Source of the DNA: Squalus acanthias
Taxonomy: Eukaryota
Reading direction: 5' to 3'
Assembly: GCA_030390025.1 (NCBI GenBank)
Contig: JASTWF010000584.1
Location: 186,001 to 250,000 of the forward strand
Length of the DNA: 64,000 bases
Part shown: positions 11,559 to 25,054 of the stretch, piece after piece
How the letters are laid out: every line of letters starts with the position of its first letter
How positions within the stretch are numbered: position 1 is the stretch's first letter
Notes under the pieces: model-generated
Databases searched by the model: none
What the model was told of the DNA's origin: nothing
Seen by the model: the letters and a program-made list of their open reading frames with translations, nothing else
Made by a program: the position numbers and the translations under genes

Positions 11559-11744
11559 CTGTAAAAACAGCCATTAATTACTGCAGTACAGTTTTAGAAC
11601 AATGCTCCGATGTACCTCGAGAAGTGATGCACTCGCTCAATTTTTGGCAATCCATTCTCGGGATGTGGGCGTCGCTGGCAAGGCCGGCATTTATTGCCCT
11701 ACCCTAGCTGTCCCTTGAGAAGGTGGTGTTGGGACATCTTCTTG

Positions 11745-12860
11745 AAGCTGGGGTTGCTCTCCTCAGAGCAGAGAATGTTGAGAGGAGATTTGATAGAGGT
11801 GTTCAAAATCATGAGGGGACTAAACAGAGTTGATAGAGTTAAACTGTTCCCATTGGCGGAAGGGTCGAGAACCAGAGGACACAGATTTAAGGTGATTGGC
11901 AGAAGATCCAAAGGCGACATGAGGGGCCAGAAATTCGGTTTTCCGGCTTCCTGCGGGTGCAAGCATCGCGCGCGTACTTACCTACCGCGCCTGCCGTTGT
12001 GTTTTGGGCCCACGAGAATTTCGGGTCCTGGGCCTCCTCCAACTTGCGGCGCGCAGTGCTTGCGTGTCCCAGGGGCGCAGGAAGACCTGTCAAATCTATG
12101 AATTGAAATCGGCCCCAAAACCACACTTAAACTTCAAATAAATTTTTAAAAAAGCATCACATTTTTAAAATAACTATAAGTTAAATAAATTAACTACTTT
12201 AAACAAAAATTTAAATTTTTGAAAAAATTAATTATACTTTTTAACGGTGCTAAAAATAAACTTACCTTTCTTTAAAGTATCTAAAAAAGATAAACCTGTT
12301 GAAAATTTTTTAAAATTGTAATTAATTAACCACTTACCTTGTGAAAAACGGGTCCTGCGCCTCCTTTTTAAAAGCGCAGGTTCTTCAATACTTACCTTCC
12401 CGGAGAAACCGGAAAAAAAACTGAAGTTCGCTGCGCGCGTGCAGCCTCTCCCGCGCACGCGATTCACCCATGAACCCCTCCCTTCACGAGACCGGAAGTT
12501 CCGGTTTCCCACGCATGCGCAGTGCATGCAGGAAACCGGCACTTCAAGTGGCCTTACGGGTGAGTTCACAGCACGTACTCACCTGACAAGCGCCGAATTT
12601 CTGGGCCGAGGAAAAACTTTTGTACGCAGTGAGTGGTTATGATCTGGAATCCACTGCCTGAAAGGGTGGTGGAAGCAAATACAGTCGTGGCTTTCAAAAG
12701 GGAGGTTGATAAGTACCTGAAGGAAAAACATTTACAGGGCTACGGGAGAGGACGGAGGATGGGGATCAGCTGAAGTGCTCTTGCAGAGAGCAGACACTGG
12801 CTCGATGGGCCGAATTACCTCCTAATGTGCTGTAACGATTCTATGATTCTATGATTCCAT
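11745..12860 (+). mobile_element. CR1 3' fragment interrupted by a MITE
   Basis: RT C-terminus and attctatg tail. Confidence 0.8.
11924..12607. mobile_element. Harbinger-type MITE (related to 6459-7203, opposite orientation)
   Basis: TIRs gggccagaaattcgg / ccgaatttctgggcc, TSD GAG. Confidence 0.85.
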
Positions 12861-13134
12861 GAGGTGCTGGTAGCTGGTATGAATCAAACTGAGTGGCCAC
12901 TTCAGAGGGTAGTTAAGAGTCAACCACGTTGGTGTGGGACTGGAGTCACATATAGGCCCAGACAGGGTAATGACAGCAGGGTACCTTCTCTAAAGGAATA
13001 TTAGTGAACCATTTTGTATATGTAATATCTATATATGTTTACATATATATAACATTCTTTTCTATGTAACATTTATATATAAAATCAATGTTTGTAATAT
13101 CTATATGTGTAATATCTAAAGATGTAATATTTAT

Positions 13135-14190
13135 CAGCCTCCAGTTTCTCCCTATCTACTCTATCAAAACCCTTCATGATTTTGAACACCTCTATTAAAT
13201 CTCCCCATAACCTTCTCTGCTCTAAAGAGAACAACCCCAGCTTCTCCAGTCTCTCCCTGTAACTGAAATCCCTCATCCCTGGGACAATTCTGCTCTAAGT
13301 GATGCAACAATCAGCTGACTTGTATCAGACAACAACAACTTGCATTTATATAGCACCTTTAACATAGTAAAACTTCCCAAGGTGCTTCACAGGAGCATAA
13401 ATCAGACAAAATTTGACACCGAGCCACATAGGACCATAGGAAGGAACATAGGAACAGGAGCAGGTCATTCATCCCCTTGAGCTTTTTTTGCCATTCAACG
13501 AGATCATGGCTGATCTGTGCCCTACCTCCATATACCTTGCCTTGCCCTATATCTTTAATACATTTGGTTAACAAAATTCTATCAATCTCAGATTTAAAAT
13601 TAACAATTGACCATTTGCAGAAGAGAGTTCCAAACTTCTACCACCCTTTGTGTGTGTTAAAGTGTTTCCTAACTTCACTCTTGGAAGGCCTGGCTCTAAT
13701 TTTTAGGCTATATCCCCTAGTCCTGGACTCCCCAACCAGCGGAAATAGTTTCTCTCTATCCATCCTATCAGTTCACCGCAATATCTTGAAAACTTCAATC
13801 AAATTACCCCTTAACTATCTAAATTCCAGGGAATACAACCCTAGTTTGTGTAACCTATCCTCGTAAGATAACCCTTTGATTCCAGGTTTCGTTCTCGTAA
13901 ATCTACACTGCAATCCCTCCAAGGCCAATATATCCTTCCTAAATTGTGGTGCTCAGAACTGAACACAGTACTTCAATATAACCCGAGTTTGTGCAGCCTA
14001 TGTTCATTTTCAATTGACCCCCGAGATCAATATCTCTTTGGGGGAGAGCGTTCCAGATTTTCACTAACCTTTGTGTGAAGAAGTGCTTCTGACATCACCC
14101 CTGAACGGCCTAGCTCTAATTTTCAGTTTATGCCCCCTAGTTCTGGACTCCCCCCAACAGGGAAAATAGTTTCTCTCTATCTACCCTATC
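13135..14190 (-). mobile_element. Cluster of CR1 and L2 3' fragments
   Basis: CR1 RT C-terminal peptides, CR1 stem-loop tail at about 13430-13520, L2 tail with (caa)n at about 13330. Confidence 0.7.
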
Positions 14191-14399
14191 AACTTTTATC
14201 GCTGACGTTAGCGAGGGGAAGGTGTCAGGTGAGGTCTCCGGGCGGGTTGGATCTGGCCACGCAGACGCAGGTGACACCCTTGGCCGTCCGTGTGCATTCC
14301 GACTCCCGGGAAATTTCTGGCTTATCCGAGGGTGTAAGAACAACAAATTAGGCAATGTCGTAGCACTGTTAGACCGTAACATAGAATCCTAACACTGAA

Positions 14400-14985
14400 A
14401 CCCTCTTGTTACCTCTAGACTTGACTATTCCAATGCAATCCTGGCCGGCCTCATATCTTCCGCCCTCCATAAACTTGAGCTCATCCAAAATTCTGCTGCC
14501 CTGTATCCTAACTCGCACCAAGTCTCATTCACGCATCACCCCTGTGCTTGCTGACCTACATTAGCTCCCGGTCCACCTACACCTCGATATTAAAATTCTC
14601 ATCCTTGTTTTCAAATCCCTCCATGGCCTCGCCCCTCCCTATCTCTGTAACATCATCCAGTTCTACAACCCTCCGAGATCTCTGCGCTCCTCCAATTCTG
14701 GCCTTCTGCTCATCCCCGATTTTAACCGCTCCACCATTGGCGGCCGTGCCTTCAGCTACCTAGGCACTAAGCTCTGGAATTCCCTCCCTAAACCTCTCTG
14801 CGTCTTTCTCTCTTTCCTTTTAGACGCTCCTTAAAACCTATCTCTTTGACCAAGCTTTTGGTCATCTGCCCTAATATCTCCTTATGTGGTTTGCTATCAA
14901 ATTTTGTCTGATAACGCTTCTGTGAAGTGCCGTGGGGCATTTTAGTATGTTAAAGTCGGATTATAATTGCAAGTTGTTGCTGTTG
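14400..14985 (+). mobile_element. L2 LINE 3' fragment
   Basis: SRLDYSN...LQLIQNSAA...LHWLP-like peptide and L2 tail ending (ttg)n. Similar pieces at 17075-17475 and 36700-36870. Confidence 0.75.
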
Positions 14986-15324
14986 TAACGATGCGGGCAC
15001 CTCACCCAGCATCAGCGCGTTTCGTACGATAATGACCGGGGAGATCGGGTGGGCAGCGAGACCCCAGCTGGTCCATCAGTTCCCCCCACCCCACCGACCC
15101 CCACCCCCAGATGCTCATGATGTCTGGAGCCTCATGTCGAGACACTTCATCCTCCTCCTTCCCCCCACAGACATGGGAGAGACTTAAAATTCAGATATAA
15201 AAACCCAGGGCCAATAAGGGAAAGAAAATACGCTGGAAAACTCCTCTCTAACACCCTCAGGTGATCGAAAGCCAGTACAGGAGATCGCAAGGACCGTGCA
15301 TTATCTGTTAATCCACTTCATCTC

Positions 15325-16540
15325 TATATGATGAGATCCTTGGCTTTATAAATAGAGGCAGAAAGTACAGAAGCAAGGACGTTATTGCTAAACCTCTGGA
15401 AAATCATTGGTTCGGCCTCAGCTAGAATATTGTGTCCAATTCTGGTCACCACATGCTTTAGGAAGGCCTTAGAGAGGGTGCAGAAGAGATTTACTAACCG
15501 AGGCATCGAATATAAGAGCAGGGAGGTTATGCTAGATCTGTATAAAACACGAGTTAGGCCACAGCTAGAGTACTGCGTACAGTTCTGGTCACCACAATAC
15601 AGGAACAATGTGATTACACTAGAGAAGGTACAGAGGAAATTCAAGAGGATGTTGCCAGGACTGGAGAATTTTAGCTATGAGGAAAGATTGGATAGGCTGG
15701 GGTTGTTTTCTTTGGAACAGAGAAAGCTGAGGGGAGATTTAATTGTAGTGTATAAAATTATGAGGGGCCCAGATAGAGTGGATAGGAAGGATTTATTTCC
15801 CTTAGCAGCAAGGTCAATAACCATGGGGCATAGATTTAAAGAAATAGAGGGGAGTTGAGGAGAATTCTTTTCACCTAGAGGATGGTGGGGGTCTGGAACT
15901 CACTGACTGAAAGGGTGGTAGAGGCAGAAACCCTCATCACATTTAAAAAGAACTTGGATATGCACCTGAACTGCTGTAACCTACAAGGCTACGGACCCAG
16001 AGCTAGAACGTGGGATTAGAGTAGATAGCTCTTTTTTGGCCGGCGCAGACAGTATAGGCCGAATGGCCTCCTCTCTGCCGTAAATTTCTATGATTCTATG
16101 ACTCTATGGTACCAGGGATGAGGGAGTTCCGTTACATGGAGAAACTGGAGAAGCTGGGGTTGTTCCCCTTTGAGCAGAGACGGTTAAGGGGAGATTTAAT
16201 AGAGGTGTTTAAATCATGAAGGGTTTTGATAGAGTAAATAAGGAGAAACTGTTTCCAATGGCAGAAGGGTTTTAACCAAAGGACAGAGATTTAAGGTAGT
16301 TGGCAAAAGAACCAGTGGTGAGATGAGAAGAATTTTTTTTCGGCAGTTGTTAAGATCTAGAATGCACTGCCTGAAAAGGCAGTGAAAGCAGATCCAATTG
16401 TAACTTTCCAAAGGTAATTGGATAAGTATTAGAAGTGTCAAAATTTTGCAGGGCTATGAGGAAAGAGAGTGGAACTAATTGGATAGCTCTTTCAAAGAAT
16501 GGCTTCCTATTGTGCTGTATCATTTTATGATTCTATGATC
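15325..16540 (+). mobile_element. Stacked CR1 3' fragments
   Basis: RPQLEYCVQFWSP peptides and two attctatg tails. Confidence 0.8.
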
Positions 16541-16771
16541 CTTGGCCCAATCAGGAACCAGTCCAGCATGCAAGAATTAAGTGCTCAGCGCCACCAATGG
16601 TGGGAGGGTATAATTACAGTGTGACATTAATATAGGCAGTTACAATTATAACTGTAGACACCGGACATAACGGGAAAAGCGCACACTGGAAATGTGATGA
16701 CAGGAAGTAAGCTTTTCACAGACAGGAAGTGCCTGAGTTTAAATAAGAGTCAGATAGAGTAAACTACTTAC

Positions 16772-17047
16772 ATTCCACACTCAGGTGTACAATGGTGGAC
16801 GTGCCGTTACCCAATGGGTTCCTCGCTGTGCAATAGAAACTGGCATCATTCTCCCATGTTAGGTGACCGGAGTAGATGGACCGAGCACTTGTGTTTAACT
16901 GGGTGATAATGTTTCCGTCGACCCTGAACCAGGCGTAACTAGATGCCGGAGGGACGCTTTCACTGGAGCAGGTTAACATGATGTTGTTTCCCTCTCTTAT
17001 TCTGCCCGTGGCTCCGCTGATGGCCACTGTTGTCTCCTTGGGTGGAT
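16772..17047 (-). pseudogene. Siglec-like C2-set Ig exon 3 (PPKETTVAISG...LTCSSESVPP...YAWF...FYCTARNPLG...LSVE)
   Basis: Ig C2 Cys/Trp/Cys pattern, 276 nt, phase 1-1, canonical splice sites, open frame. Confidence 0.9.
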
Positions 17048-17666
17048 CTGGAACAAGACCAGAGGAGAGTCAGCAGGTAATTCCAACTCTCTCCTGGACG
17101 GCTCTCCCATCTTCAACCCTCTGTAAACTACAGTTAATCTGAAAACTCTGCTGCCACATGTCCTAAGTTCCGCTCACCCATTGCCCCCTGTTGCTCGCTG
17201 ACCTACATTGGCTCCCAGTCCGGCAACACTTCGAATTTAAAATTCTCATCCTCGTGTTCAGTTCCCTCCATGGCCCTCGCCCCCTTCCTATCTCTTTAAT
17301 CTCCTCCGGCCCGACAACCTTCCGAGATCTCTGCATTACTCCAATTCTGGCCTGTTGTGCATCTACGATTCCCTTCGCTCCACCATTGACGGCTGTGCCT
17401 TCAGCCGTCTAGGCCTTAAGCTCTGGAATTCCCTCCCTAAGCCTCTCCGCCTCTCTCTCCTCCTTTAAGACGCTCAGTCAAAAATTGACACCGAGCCACA
17501 TAAGGAGATATTAAGACAGGTGACCGAAAGCTTGGTAAAAGAGGTAGGTTTCAAAGGTCAGCTTAAAGAAGGAGCGAGAGGAGAGACAGAGAGTGTATGA
17601 GTATGTTTATATGCGTGATAGAGTGTATCAGAGGCTTGGTAAATTGCACAGTCTCCATTAGATATT

Positions 17667-18368
17667 GGCCCATATTTTCCGATGCCTAAGGGTGTGTACG
17701 GGCTGTGTACACACCCGTAGGGACATCGGAAATGCCGGTTTCAGGCATGCGAAGCGCTTGTGCTGAAAACCAGCATTTCCGATCTGTCAAGAATGCTCTA
17801 GACAGATCGGACGCCTGCCCTAGAGAAGGGCCTCTGCGGGGGGAGATTTCCGCTTGCTGCAGAAACTTCGGCCACAGAAAACCCTTAGAAATCTTATGCC
17901 TGGAAAAAGCAGGCGTAAAGCCTGCTTTTACCAGCATAAGAGTTGAATAAAAGTTAAATTTTTTTCCACTTATTTATAATTTTAAAATACTTTAAAAAAG
18001 GTAAGTTTATTTTTAGCCCCGTAAAAAACTTTAATTATTTTTTTCAAAAAATTAAATTTTTGTTTAAAATATTTAATTTAATATAATTTTAACTCATTTT
18101 AAAAACGTGATGGTTTTTTAAAATTTATTTAATGTTTTAGTGTCTTTTTGGGGTGATCTCCTTTCATACTTTTGACGGGTCTATCTGTCAAAAGTATGAA
18201 GGGAGATTCCCTTCTCCTATTGGCTGGCCTGGTCCACGTAATCCCAGGGATGATTGTGAACCGCCTGTGCCCCTGGGATACGTGGGCCCTGCGCATTTCG
18301 ACTGTGGAGAGGCCCAGGATCGGAGGTGTCCGGACCTCGGGAGCCCTCAGGTAAGAGCGTAGATTTTT
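17667..18368. mobile_element. Harbinger-type MITE lacking its right TIR, fused to the Siglec C2-2 exon
   Basis: Left TIR-like ggcccatattttc after att, internal similarity to 6459-7203, runs directly into exon sequence. Confidence 0.7.
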
Positions 18369-18648
18369 TTCCGCAGTGATGGTTATGGTCCTCTCCACTG
18401 CTCCATGTTCATTCTCCGCCACACACTGATAGTCTCCAGCGACGCTGGATGTAACATTAGCAAACTCCAACCACAGCTCATTGTTGGATGTTGTTCTGTT
18501 CATTGTGAGACCAAGATGTCACCACGTGAGGTTAGAAGCTGGGATGCTTGTGACCGAGCAGAGTTTCACTGCAGAATTCCCTTGTTTTATATGATCGATG
18601 AATCTTTAATCATATCAAGGGAAGTAATTGAGAGATTCCGTGGTGCGT
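18369..18648 (-). pseudogene. Siglec-like C2-set Ig exon 2, disabled
   Basis: Acceptor at 18649-50. Reads HAPRNLSITSLDMIKDSSII then TAA (18587-89). The Ig sequence continues in a shifted frame (IKQGNSAVKLCSVTSIPASNLTW*HL...GDYQCVAENEHG) with TGA at 18519-21. No GT donor after TITAE. Confidence 0.85.
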
Positions 18649-18727
18649 CTAAAAACAAATAAAGATCAGCTAACTGTTATAGCAATGCAACTTCCTTCGT
18701 CACAAAGCACGTAATCCAGGCAGACAA

Positions 18728-21700
18728 TTTACTGCAGTACTAAGGGAGCACTGACCTGTCGGAGCGGTAGTACCAGGGAAATGCTGCACTGTCGGGGGGC
18801 AGTACTGAGGAAGTGCTGCACTGTCGGGGTGGCAGTACTGAGGAAGTGCTGCACTGTCGCAGGGCAGTACTAAGGGAGTGCTGCACTGTTTGGAGGTTCC
18901 GTCTTTTGCATGACATGTTAAACTGAGGCTCCGTCTGCGCTCTCAGGTGGAAGTAAAAGATCCCGTGACTCTACTCAAAGAAGTGTTCTCCCCAGTGTCC
19001 TGATCAACATTTATCAATAAAAACACATGATCTGGACCCTGCAACGTCCTCCTCACTAACATCTGGGGACTTGTGCCAAAATTGGGAGACCTGTCCCACC
19101 TACTTTCAAGCAACAGCTGACATAGTCATACTCACAGAATCATATCTTTCAGCCAATGTCCCAGACTCCTCCATCACCACTCTTGGGTATGTCCTATCCC
19201 ACCAATAGGACAGACCCACAGTCGGGAGGGAGTGTCCCTGGGAGTCCTCAACATTGACTCCGGACCCCATGAAGTCTCATGGCTTCAGGTCAAACTTGGG
19301 CAAGGAAACCTCCTGCTGATTACCACCTACCGCCCTCTCTCAGCTGATGAATCAGTACTCCTTCATGTTGAACACCACTTTGAAGAAGAACTGAGGTTCA
19401 CTAGGGCACAGAATGTACTCTGGGTGGGGGACTTCAATGTCCAGCACCAAGAGTGACTCGGTAGCACCACTACTGAACGAGCTAGTCGAGTCCTGAAGGA
19501 CATAGCTGCCAGACTGGGACTGCGGCAGGTGGTGAGTAAACCAACATAAGGGAAAAACCTAATTGACCTCGTCCTCACCAGTCTACCTGTTGCAGATGCA
19601 TCTCTCCATGACAGTATTGGTAAAAGTGACCACCACACAGTCCTTGTGTAGAAAAAATCCCGTCTTCATACTGAGGACACCCTCCATTGTGTTGTGTGGC
19701 ACTACCATCATGCTAAATGGGATAGATTCGGAACAGATCTAGCAGCTCAAAACTGGGCATCCATGAGGCACTGTGGGCCATCAGCAGCAGCAGAATTGTA
19801 TTCTAACACAATCTGTAACCTCATGGCACACCATATCCCTCACTCTACCACTACCATCAAGCCAGGGGACCAACCCTGGTTCAATGAGGAGTGTAGAAGA
19901 GCATGCTAGGAGCAGCACCAGCCATTCCTAAAAATGAGGTGCCAACCTGGGGAAGCTGCAACACAGGATTACATGAAACAACGGAAACAGCATGCTATAG
20001 ACAGAGCTAAGCGAAACCACAACCAATGGATCAGATCAAAGCTCTGTAGTCCTGCCACATCCAGTCGTGAATGGCGGTGGACAATTAAACAACTAACGGG
20101 AGAAGGTGGTTCCATGAATATTCCCATCCTCAAAGATGGCTGAGCCCAGCATGCGAGTGCAAAAGACAAGGCTGAAGCGTTTGCAACCATCTTCAGCCAG
20201 AAGTGCTGAGTGGATGATCCATTTCAGCCTCTTCCTGAGGTCCCCACCATCACAGAAGCCAGTCTTCAGCCAATTTGGTTCACTCCACATGACATCAAGA
20301 AACAGCTGAGCGCACTGAATACAGCAAAGTCTATGGGCCCACAAACATCCTGGCTGTTGTGCTGAAGACTTGTGCTCCAGAACTAGCCGCGCCTCTAGCC
20401 AAGCTGTTTCAGTACAGCTACAACACTGGCATCTACCTGACAATGTGGAAAACTGCCCAGGTATGTCCTGTCCACAAAAAGCAGGACAAATCCAATCCAG
20501 CCAATTACTGCCCCATCAGTCTACTCTCAATCATCAGTAAAGTGATGGAAGGTGTCATCGACAGTGCTATCAAGCAGCACTTACCAATAACCTGCTTACA
20601 GATGCTCAGTTCACGTTCCGCTAGGACCACTCGGCTCTAGACCTCATTACAGACTTGGTTCAAACATGGACCAAAGATCTGAATTCCAGAGTTGAGGTGA
20701 GAGTGACTGCCCTTGACATTAAGGCAGCCTTTGGCCAAGTGTGGCAACAAGGAGCCCCAGTAAAATTGAAGTCAATGGGAATCAGGGGATAAACACTCCA
20801 CTGGCTGGAATCATACCTAGCACAAAGGAAGATGGTTGTGATTGTTGGAGGTCAATCATCTCAGCCCCAGGACATTGCTGCAGGAGTTCCTCATGGCGGT
20901 GTCCGAGGTCCAACATTCTTCAGCTGCTTCATCAATGACCTTCCCTCCATCATAAGTTCAGAAGTGGGGATGTTCACTGATGACTGCACAGTGTTCAGTT
21001 CCAATCGCAATTCCTCAGATAATGAAGCAGTCCATGCACACATGCAGCAAGACCTGGACAACATTCAGGACAAGGGCTGCAGGCTTATGGGAACACCACC
21101 ACCTCCAAGTTCCCCTCCAAGTCACACACCATCCTGACTTGGAAATATAGAGGTGGCTCTGCTGCACAGGACGGGAGGAAAAAGAGGGGTAGAGCTATAG
21201 TGATAGGGGATTCTATTGTAAGGGGAATAGATAGGCGTTTCTGCAGACGCAAACGAGACTCCAGGATGGTGTGTTGCCTCCCTGGTGCAAGGGTCAAGGA
21301 TGTCTCAGAGTGGCTGCAGAACATTTTGGAAGGGGAGGGTGAACAGTCAGTTGTTGTGGTGCATATAGGTACCAACGATATAGGTAAAAAAGGGGATGAT
21401 GTCCTAAAAGCTGAATATAGGGTGTTAGGAGGTAAATTAAAAAACAGTACCTCAAAGGTAGTAATCTCAGGATTGCTACCAGTGCCACGTGCTAGTCAGA
21501 GTAGAAATAGAAGGATATTTCAGATGAATACGTGACTAGAGGAATGGTGCAAGGGGGAGGGATTCAAATTCCTCGGACATTGGAGCCGGGTCTGGGGGAG
21601 GTGGGTCAAGTACAAACCGGACGGTTTGCACCTGGGCAGGGCCGGGACCGATGTCCTAGGGGGAGTGTTTGCTAGTGCTCTGGGGGAGGGTTTAAACTAA

Positions 21701-24700
21701 AATGGCAGGAGGTTGGGAACCTGAGCAGGGAGACAGAGGAAAGGGAAACAAGGATAAAAGCAAAAGATAGGAAGGAGAAAAACAAAAGTGGCAGTCAGAG
21801 AAATCAACGGTTTAAATCAAACATGGCCACAGTAAATAATAATTCTAATAGGTCTAAGAGCGTTAAAAAAACAAGCCTGAAGGCTTTGTGTCTTAATGCG
21901 AGGAGCATTCGGAATAAGGTGGATGAATTAGCTGCACAAATAGAGGTAAACGAATATGATTTGATTGGGATTACGGAAACATGGCTCCAGGGTGGCCAAG
22001 GCTGGGAACTCAACTTCCAGGGGTATTCAATATTTAGGAAAGATAGGCAAAAAGGAAAGGGAGGTGGGGTAGCATTTCTGGTTAAAGAGGGGATTAACAC
22101 AATTGTAAGGAAGGATATTAGCTCTGATGATGTGGAATCTGTATGGGTAGAACTGAGAAATACCATGGGGCAGAAAACGTTAGTGGGAGTGGTATATAGA
22201 CCTCCAAACAGCAATGCGTAGATTGGGGATGGCATTAAAAGGGAAATTAGAGAAGCGTGCAATAAGGGCACAGCAGTCATCATGGGTGACTTTAATCTAC
22301 ATATAGATTGGGCTAACCAAATTAGTAACAATACTGTGGAGGAGGAATTCCTGGAGTGTTTACGGGATGGTTTCCTCGACCAATATGTCGAGGAACCAAC
22401 CAGAGATCAGGCCATCTTAGACTGGGTATTATGTAATGAGAAAGGATTAATTAGCAATCTTGTTGTACGAGGCCCTTAGGTCGGAGCGATCATAATATGA
22501 TAGAATTCTTCATTAAGATGGAGAGTAAAGTAGTTGACTCAGAGACTAGGGTCCTGAATTTAAATAAAGGGAACTACGATGGTATGAGGCGCGAGTTGGG
22601 TAGGATTGATTGGGGAATGTTACTCAAAGGGTTGACGGTGGATAGGCAATGGCAAACATTCAAAGACCGCATGGATGAACTACAAAATTTGTTCATCCCA
22701 GTTTGGCATAAGAATAAAACAAAAAAGGTGACTCAGCCATGGCTATCAAGGGAAATTAGGGATAGCATAAGATCCAAGGAGAGGACAAATAAATTGGCCA
22801 GAAAAAGCAGTAAACCTGAGGATTGGGAGCAGTTTAAGATTCAACAAAGGAGGACAAAGGGATTAATTAAGAAGGGGACAATAGAATATGAGAGTAAGCT
22901 TCAGGGAACATGAAAACTGACTGTAAGAGCTTTTATAGATATGTGAAGAGAAAAAGATTGGTGAAGTCAAGCGTAGGTCCCTTGCAGTCAGAATCAAGGG
23001 AACTTATAATGGGGAACAAAGAAATGGCTGACCAATTAAATACATATTTTGGTTCTGTCTTCACAAAGGAGGACACAAATAACCTCCCAGAGATGTCGGG
23101 GAACATAGGGTCTGATGAAAGGGAGGAACTGAAAAAAATCAGTATTTGTAGGGAAATGGTGTTAGGGAAATTGATGGGATTGAAGGCCGATAAATCCCCA
23201 GGGCCTGATAATCTACATCCTAGGGTACTTAAGGAAGTGTACCTAGAAATAGTAGATGAATTGCTGATCATCTTCCAACATTCGATGGAATCTGGAACAA
23301 TACCCATGGATTGGAGGGTAGCTAATGTAACCCCACTATTCAAAAAAGGTGGTAGAGAGAAAATGGGGAATTACAGACCGGTAAGCCTGACATCAGTAGT
23401 GGGGAAAATGCTAGAGTCCATTATAAAAGATGTAACAGCAGAGCACTTGGAAAACAGTGGCAGGATCGGACAAAGTCAACATGGATTTACAAAAGGTAAA
23501 TCGTGCTTGACTAATCTACTGGAATTTTTTGAGGATGTAACTGGTAAAATAGATAAGGGAGAACCAGTAGATGTGGTGTATTTGGACTTTTAGAAGGCTT
23601 TCGATAAGGTCCCGCATCAGAGATTAGCATGTAAAGTTAAGGCACATGGGATTGGGGGCAAGGTATTGACTTGGATAGAAAACTGGTTGGCAGACAGAAA
23701 GCAAAGAGTTGGAATAAACGGGTCTTTTTCTGAGTGGCAGGCAGTGACTAGTGGGGTACCGCAGGGATCGGTCCTTGGACCCCAGCTATTCACAATATAT
23801 ATTAATGATCTAGACAAGGGAACTAGATGTAATATCTCCAAGTTTGCAGACGACACAAAGCTGGGTGGGCGTGTGTGCTGTGAGGAGGATGCCGAGAAAC
23901 TCCAGGATGATTTGGACAGGTTGGGTGATTGGGCAGAAGCATGGCAGATGCAATATAACGTGGATAAATGCGAGGTTATCCACTTTGGTGTCAAAAACAG
24001 GAAGGCAGATTATTATCTGAATGGCAATAGATTGGGAAAAGGGGAAGTGCAACGAGACCTGGAGGTCCTTGTGCACCAGTCGCTGAAGGTAAGCATGCAG
24101 GTGCAGCAGGCGGTTAAGAAGGCAAATGGTATGTTGGCCTTTGTAGCGAGAGGGTTTGAGTACAGGAACAAGGATGCCTTGATGCAGTTGTACAGGGCCT
24201 TGGTGAGACCACATCTTGAGTATTGTGTGCAGTTTTGGTTGCCTTATCTGAGGAAGGAGGTTCTTGCCATGGAAGGAGTTCAGCGAAGATTCACCAGGCT
24301 GATACCTGGGTTGGCAGGAATGACGTATGAGGAGAGATTGGGTCGATTGGGCTTATACTCGCTGGAGTTTAGAAGAATGAGAGGGGATCTCATTGAAACA
24401 TATAAAATTCTAACAGGGCTAGACAGACTGGATGCAGGAAGGATGTTCCCGATGGCGGGTGAGTCCAGAACAAGAGGTCACAGTCTAAAGATAAGGGGTA
24501 AGTCATTTAGGACAGAAATGAGGAGGAATTTCTTCACCCAGAGGGTGGTGAACCTGTGGAATTCTCTAGCACAGAAGGCAGTAGAGGCCAATTCATTAAA
24601 TATATTCAAGAAGAGTTGGATATATTTCTTAAGGCTAAAGGGAAAAAGGGATATGGGGAGAAGGCAGGTACAGGGTTCTGATTTTGGATGATCAGCCATG

Positions 24701-25010
24701 ATCGCATTGAATGGTGGAGCAGGCTAGAGGGGCCGAATGGCCTACTCCTGCTCCTATCTTCTATGTTTCTATGTTTCTATATCGGCCGTTCCTCCATCGT
24801 CGCTGAGTCAAAATCCTGGAACTCACTCCCTAACAGCACTGTGGGAGTACCTTCACCGCACAGACTGCAGCGGTTCAAGAAGGTTGCTCATAACCACCTT
24901 CTCAAGGGTAATTAGAGATGGGCAATAAATGCTGGCCTTGCCAGCGATGCCCACATCACAGGAACAAATTTTTTTAAATTGCTGTTTGTGGGATCTTGCT
25001 GTGTGCAATG
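18728..25010 (+). mobile_element. SINE (18728-19035 plus 24978-25010) interrupted by an L2/CR1-group LINE (19036-24977)
   Basis: The SINE body stops at gatctgg and resumes at attgctgtttgtggg. The intervening LINE has APE (TTYRP, GDFN) and RT (FTDD) fragments and a gggcaataaatgctggcc 3' end. Confidence 0.75.
21148..24779 (+). mobile_element. CR1, 5'-truncated in ORF1, nested in the L2-group LINE
   Basis: Esterase ORF1 end, APE-RT ORF2 with several stops, (tatgtttc)n tail. Confidence 0.9.
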
Positions 25011-25054
25011 TAGACAATTATGTGTAATGTAGAATAAAGGATGTCCGTACTTAC

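Noticed and set aside
13010-13130. AT-rich tract
   Set aside because: Degenerate (TA)n low-complexity sequence with no further structure visible.
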